Below are positions 35,220 to 44,760 of a stretch of DNA of 48,099 nucleotides, one piece after another. The position numbers and the translations under genes are program-made. Within the stretch, counting starts at the first letter, position 1. Each line of letters opens with the position of its first letter. Source of the stretch: a virus (taxonomy: Duplodnaviria; Caudoviricetes); the IMG/VR virus record IMGVR_UViG_3300038379_000130, positions 1-48,099 of that record. One strand, written 5' to 3'. The notes under the pieces were generated by a model. It saw nothing but the letters and a program-made list of their open reading frames with translations, searched no databases and was not told the DNA's origin.

Positions 35220-37543
35220 GGTTCCTCCGTGGTCTGCTCGCTCGCCGCGAGCGTGGCGGTGTAGGCCGAACCGGCTAGGGTTGCGGTCTGGTCAGAGGCA
35301 GCGACCGTGGCGCTCGTCTCGGAAGCGGTGCAGGATGCCGTCGTCTCCGAGGCCGCGAGCGTCGCGGAGATGTACTCGCCGCAGCCGGCCTCGACCGGGA
35401 TCTCGGAAGCCCCGCCCGGCGACTGCGCTGCAGCGACCGCGGCGGCCCGACCCGCTTCGAGGGCGCTGCTCTTGGCGACGGCTGGAGCGGCGGAAGCACC
35501 GACGGCGGGCGTCCGGTCAGCGGCCGCAGCGACGGAAGCGGACGCGTCCGGAGCGCGCGCGGCGCCGACCGCGGGCGCGTGCCCTGCGGCGCTGGCCGTC
35601 GAGATAGACGGCGCTGCGGCGCGGGCGGCGCCGACTGCCGCGGCACGGCCGGAGCTCGGTGCGGTCGAGGAGGCGACCGCCGGCGCCTGGCTGTTCCCGA
35701 CGGCTGGCGCGCGGCCGGCGGCCTGGGCGGTCGAGACGCTCGCGGCCGGCTCGCGGCTCGAGGCGACGGCGGCTGCGCGGCCGGCCTCGACGGTGCTCGA
35801 GGCGACGTGCGCCGGGGCCCGTGTCGCGGCGACGGCCGGAGCCGAGGACGCCGGGAGCGTCAGATCGCCGATGCTCTCGGGCGACCGGACGGCAGCCACG
35901 GCCGGCGCTCGGCCCGCGGCGGGGGCGACGATGGGGACCGGAGCCCCGGCGGCGCCGGTCGCGGCGGCGCGGTCGGTCGCCAGCGCCGAGGACGCGGAGG
36001 GGGCCGGGCTGCGGACGCCGGCGACCGCTGTCGCTCGGCCGGCGTCGACGGTGCTCGACGCCGACGGCGCGGCCGCCTGGCTCGCCGCCACAGCCGTCGC
36101 ACGGGCCGTCTCCGGGCTGGTGGTCGGCACCGGGGCGTTCGTGGCCCCTACGGCAGGCGCGTGTGTCGCGGCGAGGGCGCTCGAGGTCGATGGCGCTGCG
36201 GCGGCCGCGGCAGCGACGGCGGGGGCCCGACCGGCGCCGAGGACGCTCGAGGCAGACGGGTCCGACGTCCGGACGCCTGCGACGGCGGCGCCGCTGCGGC
36301 CAGCGGCAGACGCGACGACAGGCGCGGCGGATCGGCTCGCCGCGACGGCTGGTGTCCGGTCGAGCGCGAGGATACTGCTGGTGCTCGGCGCCGCCTCGCG
36401 GACGGCCCCGACCGCGGGGGCCCTGTCGGCCGCAGGAGTGGTCGCGACGGACGCCTGGGCGGCAGCGGAGGCCCCGACCGCCGGGGTCCGGTCGCTGAGG
36501 GGCGCGGACGACGCGGACGGTGACGCGGAGCGCGAGGTGCCGATTGCGAGCGCGCCACTCGCCAGCGGGGCCGACGAGGTGGATGGCGCCGCGCTCCTGG
36601 CGGCGGCAACGGCGGCCGCGCGATCAGCGGCCAGCGTCGAGGATGCGCTCGGCGCCGCGGCTCTCGCGGCCCCCACGGCTGGCGCGCGGTCGGTTGCCAC
36701 CGTCGAGGAGGCCGAGGTAGCCGGGCTCCCGCTGTCCGCGCTCGCTGCGGCGCGGCCAGCAAGGGGCGCGCTTGAGGCGCTCGCGATGGCGGGGCGAGTC
36801 CCGCCAACGGCTGCGGCACGATCACCCGCGATCGTGGACGAGGATGACGGGGACGCGGACCGAGCGGCGCCGACCCCTGGAGCTCGGTCCGCCAGCGGGG
36901 CCGACGATGACGATGGCGCCGCCGCGCGCGACGCAGCGACAGCCACCGCCCGTCCGGCGTCGGCCGTGACGGACTGCTGGTCCACCGTGAGCGGAGCGGT
37001 CGCACGGCTCCGCGTCTGGACCTGCGGGAGTGGCTGCGGAAGCCCGCCGGCGCGCTCCGGGACCGAGGCGTCTACATCTCCCGCCGCGGCGAATGGGGCA
37101 GTACCCTGTGGCGGGACATGGCGCGTAACGAACCGTGGAGCCGGAGTCGGCGGCAGAAGCGGGAACGTCGAGGCCGAGACGACAGACGGCTCTCTGACCC
37201 CAGCGACGGCTGCGGCTCGCCCTGCCGTAGCTGTAGTACTGACGACGAACGGCGGGGCTGTGACGCGATGGACCTTGACGATCTTCTGCGGGGCGGGGGC
37301 CGACGCGATAGCCGCTGGAGCCGAAGCGGGCTGAAGAATCGAGACGGAGGCCGCGAGGACGGCCGCTATTGCGGCGGCGCGGCCGGCGCTCGCCGTCGTC
37401 GAGAACGCGAGCGGCGGCGCCGTTGATCCACCGTGCGGACGCTGCGACTCCGGCGGACGCTGCGCGCCCGCGGGCTGCCGCCATCCGACGTTGTCGGACG
37501 TCGCGGCGGCGGTCGGGCTGAGCGGCTGCCAGATCCAGGACAT
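35216..37543 (-). CDS. Ala/Ser/Pro-rich repeat protein (775 aa), putative fibre or scaffold
   Basis: More than 20 copies of a ~22-aa unit like SST.AAGRA.AV.A.RA.APS. Confidence 0.75.
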   Translation of the reverse strand: MSWIWQPLSPTAAATSDNVGWRQPAGAQRPPESQRPHGGSTAPPLAFSTTASAGRAAAIAAVLAASVSILQPASAPAAIASAPAPQKIVKVHRVTAPPFVVSTTATAGRAAAVAGVREPSVVSASTFPLLPPTPAPRFVTRHVPPQGTAPFAAAGDVDASVPERAGGLPQPLPQVQTRSRATAPLTVDQQSVTADAGRAVAVAASRAAAPSSSSAPLADRAPGVGAARSASPSSSSTIAGDRAAAVGGTRPAIASASSAPLAGRAAASADSGSPATSASSTVATDRAPAVGAARAAAPSASSTLAADRAAAVAAARSAAPSTSSAPLASGALAIGTSRSASPSASSAPLSDRTPAVGASAAAQASVATTPAADRAPAVGAVREAAPSTSSILALDRTPAVAASRSAAPVVASAAGRSGAAVAGVRTSDPSASSVLGAGRAPAVAAAAAAAPSTSSALAATHAPAVGATNAPVPTTSPETARATAVAASQAAAPSASSTVDAGRATAVAGVRSPAPSASSALATDRAAATGAAGAPVPIVAPAAGRAPAVAAVRSPESIGDLTLPASSAPAVAATRAPAHVASSTVEAGRAAAVASSREPAASVSTAQAAGRAPAVGNSQAPAVASSTAPSSGRAAAVGAARAAAPSISTASAAGHAPAVGAARAPDASASVAAAADRTPAVGASAAPAVAKSSALEAGRAAAVAAAQSPGGASEIPVEAGCGEYISATLAASETTASCTASETSATVAASDQTATLAGSAYTATLAASEQTTEEP

Positions 37544-37550
37544 GAGGGCG

Positions 37551-37895
37551 CTACGTGATCTTGCGGAGGCTCCACCCGATCGTGCGATCGCTGCCGGCGA
37601 GCCTCGTCACGCTCACTTCCCATCCGTGGGCGACGAACATCGCCGGGCTCACCCACGGCGACGCCTGCGCGCCGGTCAGGATCGACTCGAAGATCTGGCG
37701 CTGCGTCGCGCCTGAGCCGTTGACCTTTTCGTAGAGCCTCACACGGTACTGGTCGCCAGCGATCATGTTCGCGAAGTCGATCCAGACCTGTAGCAGGCAG
37801 TCGTCTGTCTGGTCCGTCTTCGACGTGGAGTCGGAGGCGAGATAGTACTCGGTCGTGCTGATCGAAGCCGAATCATCAACCGTCGAGAGCGCCAT
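37551..37895 (-). CDS. putative virion accessory protein
   Basis: 114 aa, beta-rich; GGAGG upstream. Confidence 0.65.
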   Translation of the reverse strand: MALSTVDDSASISTTEYYLASDSTSKTDQTDDCLLQVWIDFANMIAGDQYRVRLYEKVNGSGATQRQIFESILTGAQASPWVSPAMFVAHGWEVSVTRLAGSDRTIGWSLRKIT

Positions 37896-37899
37896 CTCG

Positions 37900-38754
37900 C
37901 TATCCTCCGATGCCGAGCGCCGCGCATTGATACCCGGTGTCGGGCGCGTTGTTGCATCGCCCGCGCGCGTAAAGCGTCGCACCCGCGGGCACGCGGCAAT
38001 AAGCCGCAGCGACGCTGAGGTTCTCGTCGAGCGGCGTCCCGACGCCTTCCGACGTGTTCCCGCCATGCATCCGGCGAAGGATGACGTGCTTGTTCGAGCC
38101 GTCGCCGTAGGCGAGTTCGAGGTAGGTGTACTCGCCTGTAATCGTCCCGTTGTCGATCTGGTAGCAGAGCTGCCACCACCAGCACTCGCGCGTAGTCGTT
38201 CCGAGCGAGGCCCACGAGCCGTCAGCCGCGTTTCCGGGCGTCACGCTCGTACCGCTTGAGCCGGTGACGCCGATCGTCTCGGCGTATTGCCCGACCGGAA
38301 ACATCCATGGGGCGTCCGGCCTTCCGCTCAGGCGCATGCCCACGCGCACGGTCCCCGCCGTCGCGTTCGACCCTTGGATGCGAATGCCGACCGTCGCGCT
38401 CGCCGGGACGCGAAACGGGATCAGGAACGAATGCCCAGGAGCGCCGCCGGCCGCGATCGTAGCAGAAGCGCCGCATACGATGTCTGAGATGACCGCCGTG
38501 TAGGAGCTTCCGCCGGCCGGGTCGATACCGATGTCGAGAACATGACGCTTCGCTGCGGTCGCGGTGCTGCCGTCCGAGACGCGCAGCTGTATCCACTGGC
38601 ACTCGTTCGCGACTGTGCCGAGGCCGGATGCTGTCCAGGAGCCCTCGACGTCTGAGGCTCCGGGCGTGACCGAGGTTCCGGGAGTCGAACTAGGATTCGT
38701 CCCCCAGTTATCAAGGATGTACGAGCGGCGCGACCGCGGAGTCCAGAGAGGCAT
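37900..38754 (-). CDS. putative virion accessory protein with internal duplication
   Basis: GTSVTPG...GSW.S.G...EC.W.QL occurs twice. Confidence 0.7.
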   Translation of the reverse strand: MPLWTPRSRRSYILDNWGTNPSSTPGTSVTPGASDVEGSWTASGLGTVANECQWIQLRVSDGSTATAAKRHVLDIGIDPAGGSSYTAVISDIVCGASATIAAGGAPGHSFLIPFRVPASATVGIRIQGSNATAGTVRVGMRLSGRPDAPWMFPVGQYAETIGVTGSSGTSVTPGNAADGSWASLGTTTRECWWWQLCYQIDNGTITGEYTYLELAYGDGSNKHVILRRMHGGNTSEGVGTPLDENLSVAAAYCRVPAGATLYARGRCNNAPDTGYQCAALGIGG

Positions 38755-38757
38755 GCC

Positions 38758-39516
38758 TTACCCGGCCATCACGAGGGGCGGCTGTTCACCGACAACGCGC
38801 GCCTGGGTCAGCCAAGTTAGCTCCGCAGACTGAGGCGTGCCCGCGAGCCAATAGGCCCGTGGCGACACGGGATAGAGCGGCGGCCAGACCATCTGTTCCG
38901 TTCCGCTCGTGCCTCCGGTCCATGCCGCTCTAGCAACGAGGTCTCTGTCGTCGCTGGCGAAAGGAAGATCCGCCACAAGATCAGCGCGTCGTACTGGAAG
39001 GGCAGAGCGATACTCGCGGTAGACCTCCTGCGGCGTGAGCGCGACTCGCCACGCGCGAAAATGGGCCACGAAACCCTGCATGCTGCTTATGTAGTTAGGT
39101 GCTCCTATCGCAGCCACGCGCGTGCTAAGGATGTCCGTCGCTGCGTGCCCGCTCCCGGCTCTGGCCGCTAGGCGGCCATCGACATATCCAAGAACGAAAT
39201 GGACGCCTGTCGCATCCGTCCCGCCGTGCGAGGTGATGCAGAGATGGTAGTACCGGCTCGAATCGTATGGATCTAGGAGTGTGACGGAGGCACCGCTTGA
39301 GCCGTCATCGACAAGAATCGAGAACGCGCTCGACCCGTAGCTGCGACGGACATAGACCCCATCGGAAACCGATCCCCCGCCGCCGATTCCGAAGAGTGCC
39401 CGTGCGTCTATGTCTGTTATCAACCGATACCATCCCATCAGGGTGAAGCATCGGGCTGTCAGGCCAAGGCCATCGTTGTATTTCTGCTGTGGACCGCTCG
39501 CGCTACCTCTCGCCAT
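38758..39516 (-). CDS. LamG/concanavalin-like domain protein
   Basis: FTLMGWY...YYHLCIT...GYVDGRL...GFVAHFRAWRVALTPQEV. Confidence 0.75.
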   Translation of the reverse strand: MARGSASGPQQKYNDGLGLTARCFTLMGWYRLITDIDARALFGIGGGGSVSDGVYVRRSYGSSAFSILVDDGSSGASVTLLDPYDSSRYYHLCITSHGGTDATGVHFVLGYVDGRLAARAGSGHAATDILSTRVAAIGAPNYISSMQGFVAHFRAWRVALTPQEVYREYRSALPVRRADLVADLPFASDDRDLVARAAWTGGTSGTEQMVWPPLYPVSPRAYWLAGTPQSAELTWLTQARVVGEQPPLVMAG

Positions 39517-40001
39517 CAGGAACTCGTGAAGGTGATGCCGGTGTACTTATAGGAGTGATCCCCCTCGGTCGCCGAGAGTGCCACGCCCGTATAGTTGCGG
39601 ACGACAATCCCCCACTTTCGCGGCAAGATGCCGCCAAAGACTGGGGCGACTGACATCGGACTCGACTCATACGTAAGCGCGCCCGAATCCGGACACTCGA
39701 TCACGCCGATGACGCGTAGGTTTGTCGGTGCGCGGAGCGTGATCGCCGCGTCCGAGCCAGTCGCGTTGTCCGTGTACGTCGAGCCGTCTTCAGACCCGTA
39801 GGCGTAGACGTAGACTGCCTTGTCGTTCGCCGGTGTGCCCGATTGGAGCGCGACCTTCACCTGCACGATCGCGTCGAGGTAGAGATTGCTCGTGTTGTCG
39901 ATTGCCGTGGATTCCCGCCCCGCCGTCGCAGAGGACGCAAGCGAGGCGAGGGTGAGCGTGAGCGATGTCGATGTCCCATATGCGACCTTGATGCTCGCCA
40001 T
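39516..40001 (-). CDS. putative virion accessory protein
   Basis: 161 aa, Ser/Thr-rich; LASLASSATAGRESTAIDN. Confidence 0.7.
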   Translation of the reverse strand: MASIKVAYGTSTSLTLTLASLASSATAGRESTAIDNTSNLYLDAIVQVKVALQSGTPANDKAVYVYAYGSEDGSTYTDNATGSDAAITLRAPTNLRVIGVIECPDSGALTYESSPMSVAPVFGGILPRKWGIVVRNYTGVALSATEGDHSYKYTGITFTSS

Positions 40002-40002
40002 C

Positions 40003-40347
40003 TCAGCTCACCCCGCTCAACGTCCATGCCGTGCCGTCCCACGAGCTGCCATAGCGCAACCATGGGTTGTAGACATCCGTTTCGTCCTGTAGCGCCTGCC
40101 ATCGCGCCTCGAGCGCCGCCTGGACCTCAGACAGCGTCGGGGTCGTCTCGACGCTATACGTCTCCACGACCTCGCGCACCACACCCGACTGCAGATCCGC
40201 CAGCTCAGGAGCCGAAGCGTCTTTCCATGCGGATGTGGCGCCCGCCTGCGCGTAGAAGCCCTGCCTTGCCGTCGGGACCGTGAGCCAGTAGGCGACGTTC
40301 CATCGGCCTGCGTGCGGCCTGTCGAGGACGATCACCCTTCGGGCCAT
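40003..40347 (-). CDS. hypothetical protein
   Basis: 114 aa; SD AGAGGGG. Confidence 0.65.
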   Translation of the reverse strand: MARRVIVLDRPHAGRWNVAYWLTVPTARQGFYAQAGATSAWKDASAPELADLQSGVVREVVETYSVETTPTLSEVQAALEARWQALQDETDVYNPWLRYGSSWDGTAWTLSGVS

Positions 40348-40367
40348 TCCCCTCTTCCCCTCTCCCC

Positions 40368-41450
40368 TTACGTTGGCAGCACGATCGGTGGCGGCGTCCC
40401 TACGCTCTGCCCTTGCGGTGTCCAGCCGGCGGGCGCGGCATCGCCGGTGTCGATCGCCGACAGCACGAGTCCGCAGGCGACGAGGCCGTCGTAGTTGTCG
40501 GTCCACGAACCGCCGTCCGTCCGCTCCGTTCTGTGGATCGTCGGCTGGGCGCCCTGCAGACAGTACGGAATCGCGGCGTTGTAGCCGCTCTCGACGGTCA
40601 CTATGCCGAGGTCCACAACCTGCCCGCCGCCATCGTCTGGCCGCACGGTGACCCTGTAGTTCGTGTCGGGCGTTAGGAGCACCGGGCTTGGAAGCGGGGC
40701 TCGCCACAGCACATGTCCACCAGCAATCGCGTCGGTGTCCCGCGACACCGAGGCGATGACAGCACCCGCGCTGTCGTAGAGCCGCAGCGAGACGCTGGTT
40801 CCCTGAAACACGCCGTAGCCCCAAAGCTCCGAGCACATGGCTCGGAACGGCAGCGCGACGATTTTGTTGCCGACCTCGTCGGGCGTCGTATCGTGGTACA
40901 CGCTAATGCCCGTGGAGAAGTCCGGGTTCGGTGGCATCATGCTCGGATGGCTTACTACGATCTCGTCTGACCACGTCGGAACGCACAGCGGAATCTTTAC
41001 TCCGGGCGGACTCCACGCTCCAGATTCGTATAGCAGCACGCTGGAGTCTCCTGACATACCATCCGTTGCAAGCCCGACCGTCTCCAGGTCGCCAACGGTC
41101 GAGTCGAACTCGATCACGAGCGCAACGAGCTGGCCAAGCGTGACGGCGTAGGGCGTTCCGAACGTAATCCCCTTGATGGTTTGGTCGTCGCCGTTTGCGA
41201 CAGCCACGGTGCCGCTCGCGAGGATGCTCCCATCCGGCTCTCCCGACGCATTCAACGCCTGCAACGAGCCCTTGAGCGTTTGGCCGGTCGTAACGGTGTT
41301 GAGCGGAAACCGGAAGCCCGTCATCGTGGCCGTGCGATGGCTGGCGAACACGATCGCGATCTTCTCGCCGCTCGCGTCAATCCCAACGCCCAATATGCTC
41401 TGCGAGCCCCACGGTGTCGGGATGAGGAGCGGGTACTCGATCCACGCCAT
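40368..41450 (-). CDS. beta-rich putative adhesin / virion accessory protein
   Basis: 360 aa, two similar beta-sandwich-like halves. Confidence 0.65.
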   Translation of the reverse strand: MAWIEYPLLIPTPWGSQSILGVGIDASGEKIAIVFASHRTATMTGFRFPLNTVTTGQTLKGSLQALNASGEPDGSILASGTVAVANGDDQTIKGITFGTPYAVTLGQLVALVIEFDSTVGDLETVGLATDGMSGDSSVLLYESGAWSPPGVKIPLCVPTWSDEIVVSHPSMMPPNPDFSTGISVYHDTTPDEVGNKIVALPFRAMCSELWGYGVFQGTSVSLRLYDSAGAVIASVSRDTDAIAGGHVLWRAPLPSPVLLTPDTNYRVTVRPDDGGGQVVDLGIVTVESGYNAAIPYCLQGAQPTIHRTERTDGGSWTDNYDGLVACGLVLSAIDTGDAAPAGWTPQGQSVGTPPPIVLPT

Positions 41451-41454
41451 GCGC

Positions 41455-41718
41455 CTAGACCCCCGCGCTCCGCAGGAGCCGCGCCCGCGCTTCCTCGCGT
41501 TCTAGCTTCCGCTCGAACGGATCGCACCGCCCGCGCGCGGCACACGCGGGGCAGATGAGCCCCATGCACTGCTTGCAGACGCCGCCCATCGAGGCCGGAT
41601 CGGCACGCGGCGGGACATGCACGATGCGCTGGCAGTGCGCGCATGTGAACGTCTCGTGTTCCCGCGTGCCGTCCGGTCCCGTGATCCGGACGTAGCCGGT
41701 GAGCCGCTGTGAGGGCAC
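41455..41718 (-). CDS. small zinc-binding protein
   Basis: CAHC, CKQC, CPAC. Confidence 0.7.
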   Translation of the reverse strand: MPSQRLTGYVRITGPDGTREHETFTCAHCQRIVHVPPRADPASMGGVCKQCMGLICPACAARGRCDPFERKLEREEARARLLRSAGV

Positions 41719-41731
41719 TCGCGGCCTCCGA

Positions 41732-42169
41732 CTACTCGCGGAAGGTGACGGTCGCGGTCGCCGTGAGCGCGGACGAGGCCCCGTTCTTCAGCTTGATCCC
41801 GGCGTTCGCCGTCGCCGCGATCACCAGCTCGCCCTCGCCGTAGGCAACCCAGGTGTACGTCGCCCGCTGATTGAGCGGGATCGACTCGAGGATCACGCCC
41901 TCCGTGCCGCTCGCCGTGATCACGTCCTTCGCCAGCGTCACACACGCCGCGTCGGCCGGGTTCACCGGGTTCGGCGTAACGCTCGTCCCGGTGCTCGCCG
42001 TCGAGGTGCGGATCATGACCCAGGTCAGCGTGGCGTCGGCTGGAGTCGCGTCGATCCCGAACTCGGCCTTGAGGATCTGGACTCGCCGCATCGACGAGCC
42101 GGGCGCCTCGATCGCGCCGATGTCGGCGGTCGTGCCGGTGCGGTTCAGTTCTGCCGTGTAGACAGCCAT
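41732..42169 (-). CDS. putative virion accessory protein
   Basis: 145 aa, Thr/Ala-rich beta protein. Confidence 0.7.
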   Translation of the reverse strand: MAVYTAELNRTGTTADIGAIEAPGSSMRRVQILKAEFGIDATPADATLTWVMIRTSTASTGTSVTPNPVNPADAACVTLAKDVITASGTEGVILESIPLNQRATYTWVAYGEGELVIAATANAGIKLKNGASSALTATATVTFRE

Positions 42170-42203
42170 CGTTTTCTCTCTCCCTTTCTGGCCGTCACCT
42201 GAC

Positions 42204-42848
42204 CTACTGGTTGAACAGGTGGTGGAACCCGGTCGTCGGCAGGGTGATCGTGAACGTGCCGTTCGTCACGGCCTGATCGCTGCCGAAGTCGTGGAGCCAG
42301 AACAGCGGCTTGTCGGTCGCGGAGTCGTTGTAGAGCACCGCGTAGCGGATGCCGCTGATCGTGGCGCCCGGTCCCCACGACGGGTCTGCCGCGTCGATCA
42401 CGCAGATCGAGGCCCCGATGCAGCACCACGTCACCGTGTTGTCCGCCGGCTGCTCGTCGTAGAAGGTCGTCGTCCACGTCGGCTCCGTCGAGGCGTGCGA
42501 CGTGCCCGACGTGATCGCAACGTAGAGGCGGCCGTTGCCCGACGTCGGCCGGATCACGTCGCCCGCCGTGTAGGCCGTGCCCGTCGCCCAGGTGGGCGAC
42601 CACGAGTTCGCCGCCGTGGTCGTGATCGTCTTCGATCCGACCGTCGCGCCGCCCGAGGAGTAGCCGGTCCCGCTCACCTCGTTCGTGAGATCGGTGTAGA
42701 CCTCGTGCGTCGCGAGGTCGTATGCGTAGCTCGAGCTGTGGAGGGATACCTTCATCGTGTCGCTCAGGTAGTCCGACTCGCGCGCTTCGGCCGCGCCCGA
42801 ACCGCCGAGCATGTTCTCCCAGGCCCGCCGAAACCAGTAGGTCGCCAT
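42204..42848 (-). CDS. virion accessory protein with inserted CBM-like module
   Basis: NEVSGTGYSSGG...RYAVLYND...DFGSDQAVTNGTFTI with insert WATGTAYTAGDVIRP...TEPTW. Confidence 0.75.
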   Translation of the reverse strand: MATYWFRRAWENMLGGSGAAEARESDYLSDTMKVSLHSSSYAYDLATHEVYTDLTNEVSGTGYSSGGATVGSKTITTTAANSWSPTWATGTAYTAGDVIRPTSGNGRLYVAITSGTSHASTEPTWTTTFYDEQPADNTVTWCCIGASICVIDAADPSWGPGATISGIRYAVLYNDSATDKPLFWLHDFGSDQAVTNGTFTITLPTTGFHHLFNQ

Positions 42849-42865
42849 GGCCGTCTAGCCTCCCT

Positions 42866-43060
42866 CTAAGGAATTCGTCTCACCGTCCGGTGGTCGCAGA
42901 AGAACGCGACGGCCGGTACCACTCGCCCGCAGATCGGGCAGTCCCACGCGCGCCCGGGCCGCTCTGGCTCATGCTCGCGCACCGCGCGTTCGAAGGCCGC
43001 GGCTCGCACCTCTGCAGCCGAAGCCGTCCGGTGCATTCCAGGCTGCGCCGCGCAACTCAC
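42866..43060 (-). CDS. small hypothetical protein
   Basis: CPICG...FCDH; GTGA-coupled. Confidence 0.45.
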   Translation of the reverse strand: MSCAAQPGMHRTASAAEVRAAAFERAVREHEPERPGRAWDCPICGRVVPAVAFFCDHRTVRRIP

Positions 43061-43347
43061 CCTTCGTCCTCCACAATGCCGCCCGTCCGCATTAGCGAGC
43101 GCACATCCGCGTCCGTCGCTTCCGCCCTCTGCGCGATCACCTCGAGCCGCTCGCGCACCTTGCCGAGCGAGTCGGCGATGTGGGACAGCGTCCGTTTGAC
43201 CCAGCGCCGATCCCGACGAGCCGCGAGGCGCTCCGTCTCAAGCACACTCACGCGCCGCTCGATATCCGCTACTCGACGATGGAGCTCCACGGTGGACGCG
43301 CGCTTCGCCGGCATCAGGCATGGTCCTCCGGTCCGTCTCCTTGCCAC
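43057..43347 (-). CDS. small coiled-coil protein
   Basis: RVADIERRVSVLE; exact start uncertain (possibly 43314). Confidence 0.55.
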   Translation of the reverse strand: MARRRTGGPCLMPAKRASTVELHRRVADIERRVSVLETERLAARRDRRWVKRTLSHIADSLGKVRERLEVIAQRAEATDADVRSLMRTGGIVEDEG

Positions 43348-43808
43348 CCATCCTTGAACATCTCCGGGGCCGGAGCCCTCAAGCGTTCCGTCTTCGCCTG
43401 AATCCGCTGCGTTCGCGAGATGGCCTTGATGACTTCTTCTGCTACGCGCTGCGTGCCGCGCATGCTTTCATGCCCGTCCGCGATCCATAGCTCCTCGCGA
43501 ACGTCATCGAGGAGCCGCTTCTGCTGGATCAGCTCGTCTACGTCGATCAGCCGCGTCTCGCCGTCCGCGTTGAGGATCGTGAGCAGCGCGTGAAGGACGT
43601 GGCGGTCGCGGTCGAGCATGTATCGCACCGCCTTCGCCTCGAGGCGCCTGAGCTCGGCCGCCTTCTTCCACCGCTGCCGAGCACGCCCCAGCCATGCCCA
43701 AAGGCCGAGTGCGGCGCCGCTCAGGATGGCCGGCAGAGCCTTCCAGAGCGCCTCCTGCGCCTGGTCGAATGGCGACTGACTCGCCATCGGAAGCGGCTGC
43801 GCGGTCAC
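43314..43808 (-). CDS. membrane-anchored protein (lysis region)
   Basis: One TM segment, then a coiled coil; GTGA-coupled start. Confidence 0.6.
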   Translation of the reverse strand: MTAQPLPMASQSPFDQAQEALWKALPAILSGAALGLWAWLGRARQRWKKAAELRRLEAKAVRYMLDRDRHVLHALLTILNADGETRLIDVDELIQQKRLLDDVREELWIADGHESMRGTQRVAEEVIKAISRTQRIQAKTERLRAPAPEMFKDGWQGDGPEDHA

Positions 43809-44122
43809 TTCGCCTTGCGAGCCAGGAGCCAGCGCAGCGTAGGCTGCAGGAGCGCCACGACACCGGCGACGCCGGTCGTGAACGCGGCGATGATCGTGGG
43901 CCACTGCTCGCGCGCCTGGTCGAGCGAGACGGGCGCGTCGGGGTTCGCCGTGCTGAGGTAGCCGGCGACGAGCCGCAGCGCCGAGTCGAACAGCGGAATC
44001 TGGACGCCGAACAGGATCGCGGCGGACTGCGTCACGAGCAGCAGCGCGAACACGACGCCGAACGCGATGCGCTTCCAGCCCTTGCCGACTTTCGCGTCGA
44101 GAAACGCGAGGACCGCTTCCAT
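43805..44122 (-). CDS. holin-like membrane protein
   Basis: 2-3 TM segments, basic C-terminus; SD AAGGGGG. Confidence 0.6.
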   Translation of the reverse strand: MEAVLAFLDAKVGKGWKRIAFGVVFALLLVTQSAAILFGVQIPLFDSALRLVAGYLSTANPDAPVSLDQAREQWPTIIAAFTTGVAGVVALLQPTLRWLLARKAK

Positions 44123-44204
44123 GATCGCCCCCTTCTTTGCTTTCCATCCGAGGCGCACATACCACGGCGCCTTCGCGTCCTTGAGCAGGTCAGCCACCGG
44201 GTCA

Positions 44205-44648
44205 TCACCCATCGAGGCGAACCTCGAAGCCGAACCAGAGCCCGAGCGCCTTGATCGCCGCAGCCGGCGGCCATGAGCCTCGATGCCGCAGCAGGCGGTA
44301 GAATCCACGGATCTCTGGCCCGAGGCGCACCGGCTTCGGCGGCGCGCTCGCGAGGAAGGCGATCTTGCCGGAGAGGCTCCAGCCGAAGCGCCCTGCCCGC
44401 GGGATCGTCACGGTGGCGAGGGCGCTCGGCTTGAGGGGGCCGAGCTGCGGAAGCCGGACCACGAGGCCGCCACCGGCGCCGCTCTCGTTGACCTGGGCGA
44501 CGATCATCCCGCGCTCGTCCTGGCGCAACGCCGAGGCCGCGCGGTCGATCGCCTCCGAGATGCTCTTGATGTCGTAGGGCGACAGCGAGCCGGACGAGTA
44601 CGTCGCCGGGCTCGGGAACGAGATGGGACCGGGATAGCTCGTGCTCAT
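44205..44648 (-). CDS. hypothetical protein
   Basis: 147 aa, ATGA-coupled. Confidence 0.55.
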   Translation of the reverse strand: MSTSYPGPISFPSPATYSSGSLSPYDIKSISEAIDRAASALRQDERGMIVAQVNESGAGGGLVVRLPQLGPLKPSALATVTIPRAGRFGWSLSGKIAFLASAPPKPVRLGPEIRGFYRLLRHRGSWPPAAAIKALGLWFGFEVRLDG

Positions 44649-44760
44649 CTGGCGAGCGCCAGGACGACGAGGGCCGTCGTGAGGACAACGACAGTCGCAA
44701 GAAGATCGCGCTCGTGGTAGGAGCGGCCGCTCCACCAGCTCACCGCGCGGCGCACCGGGC

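Noticed and set aside
35307-37334. Long plus-strand ORFs (675 aa here; also 20900..22705, 10947..12491, 27551..28948)
   Set aside because: Antisense shadows of well-supported minus-strand genes in high-GC DNA.
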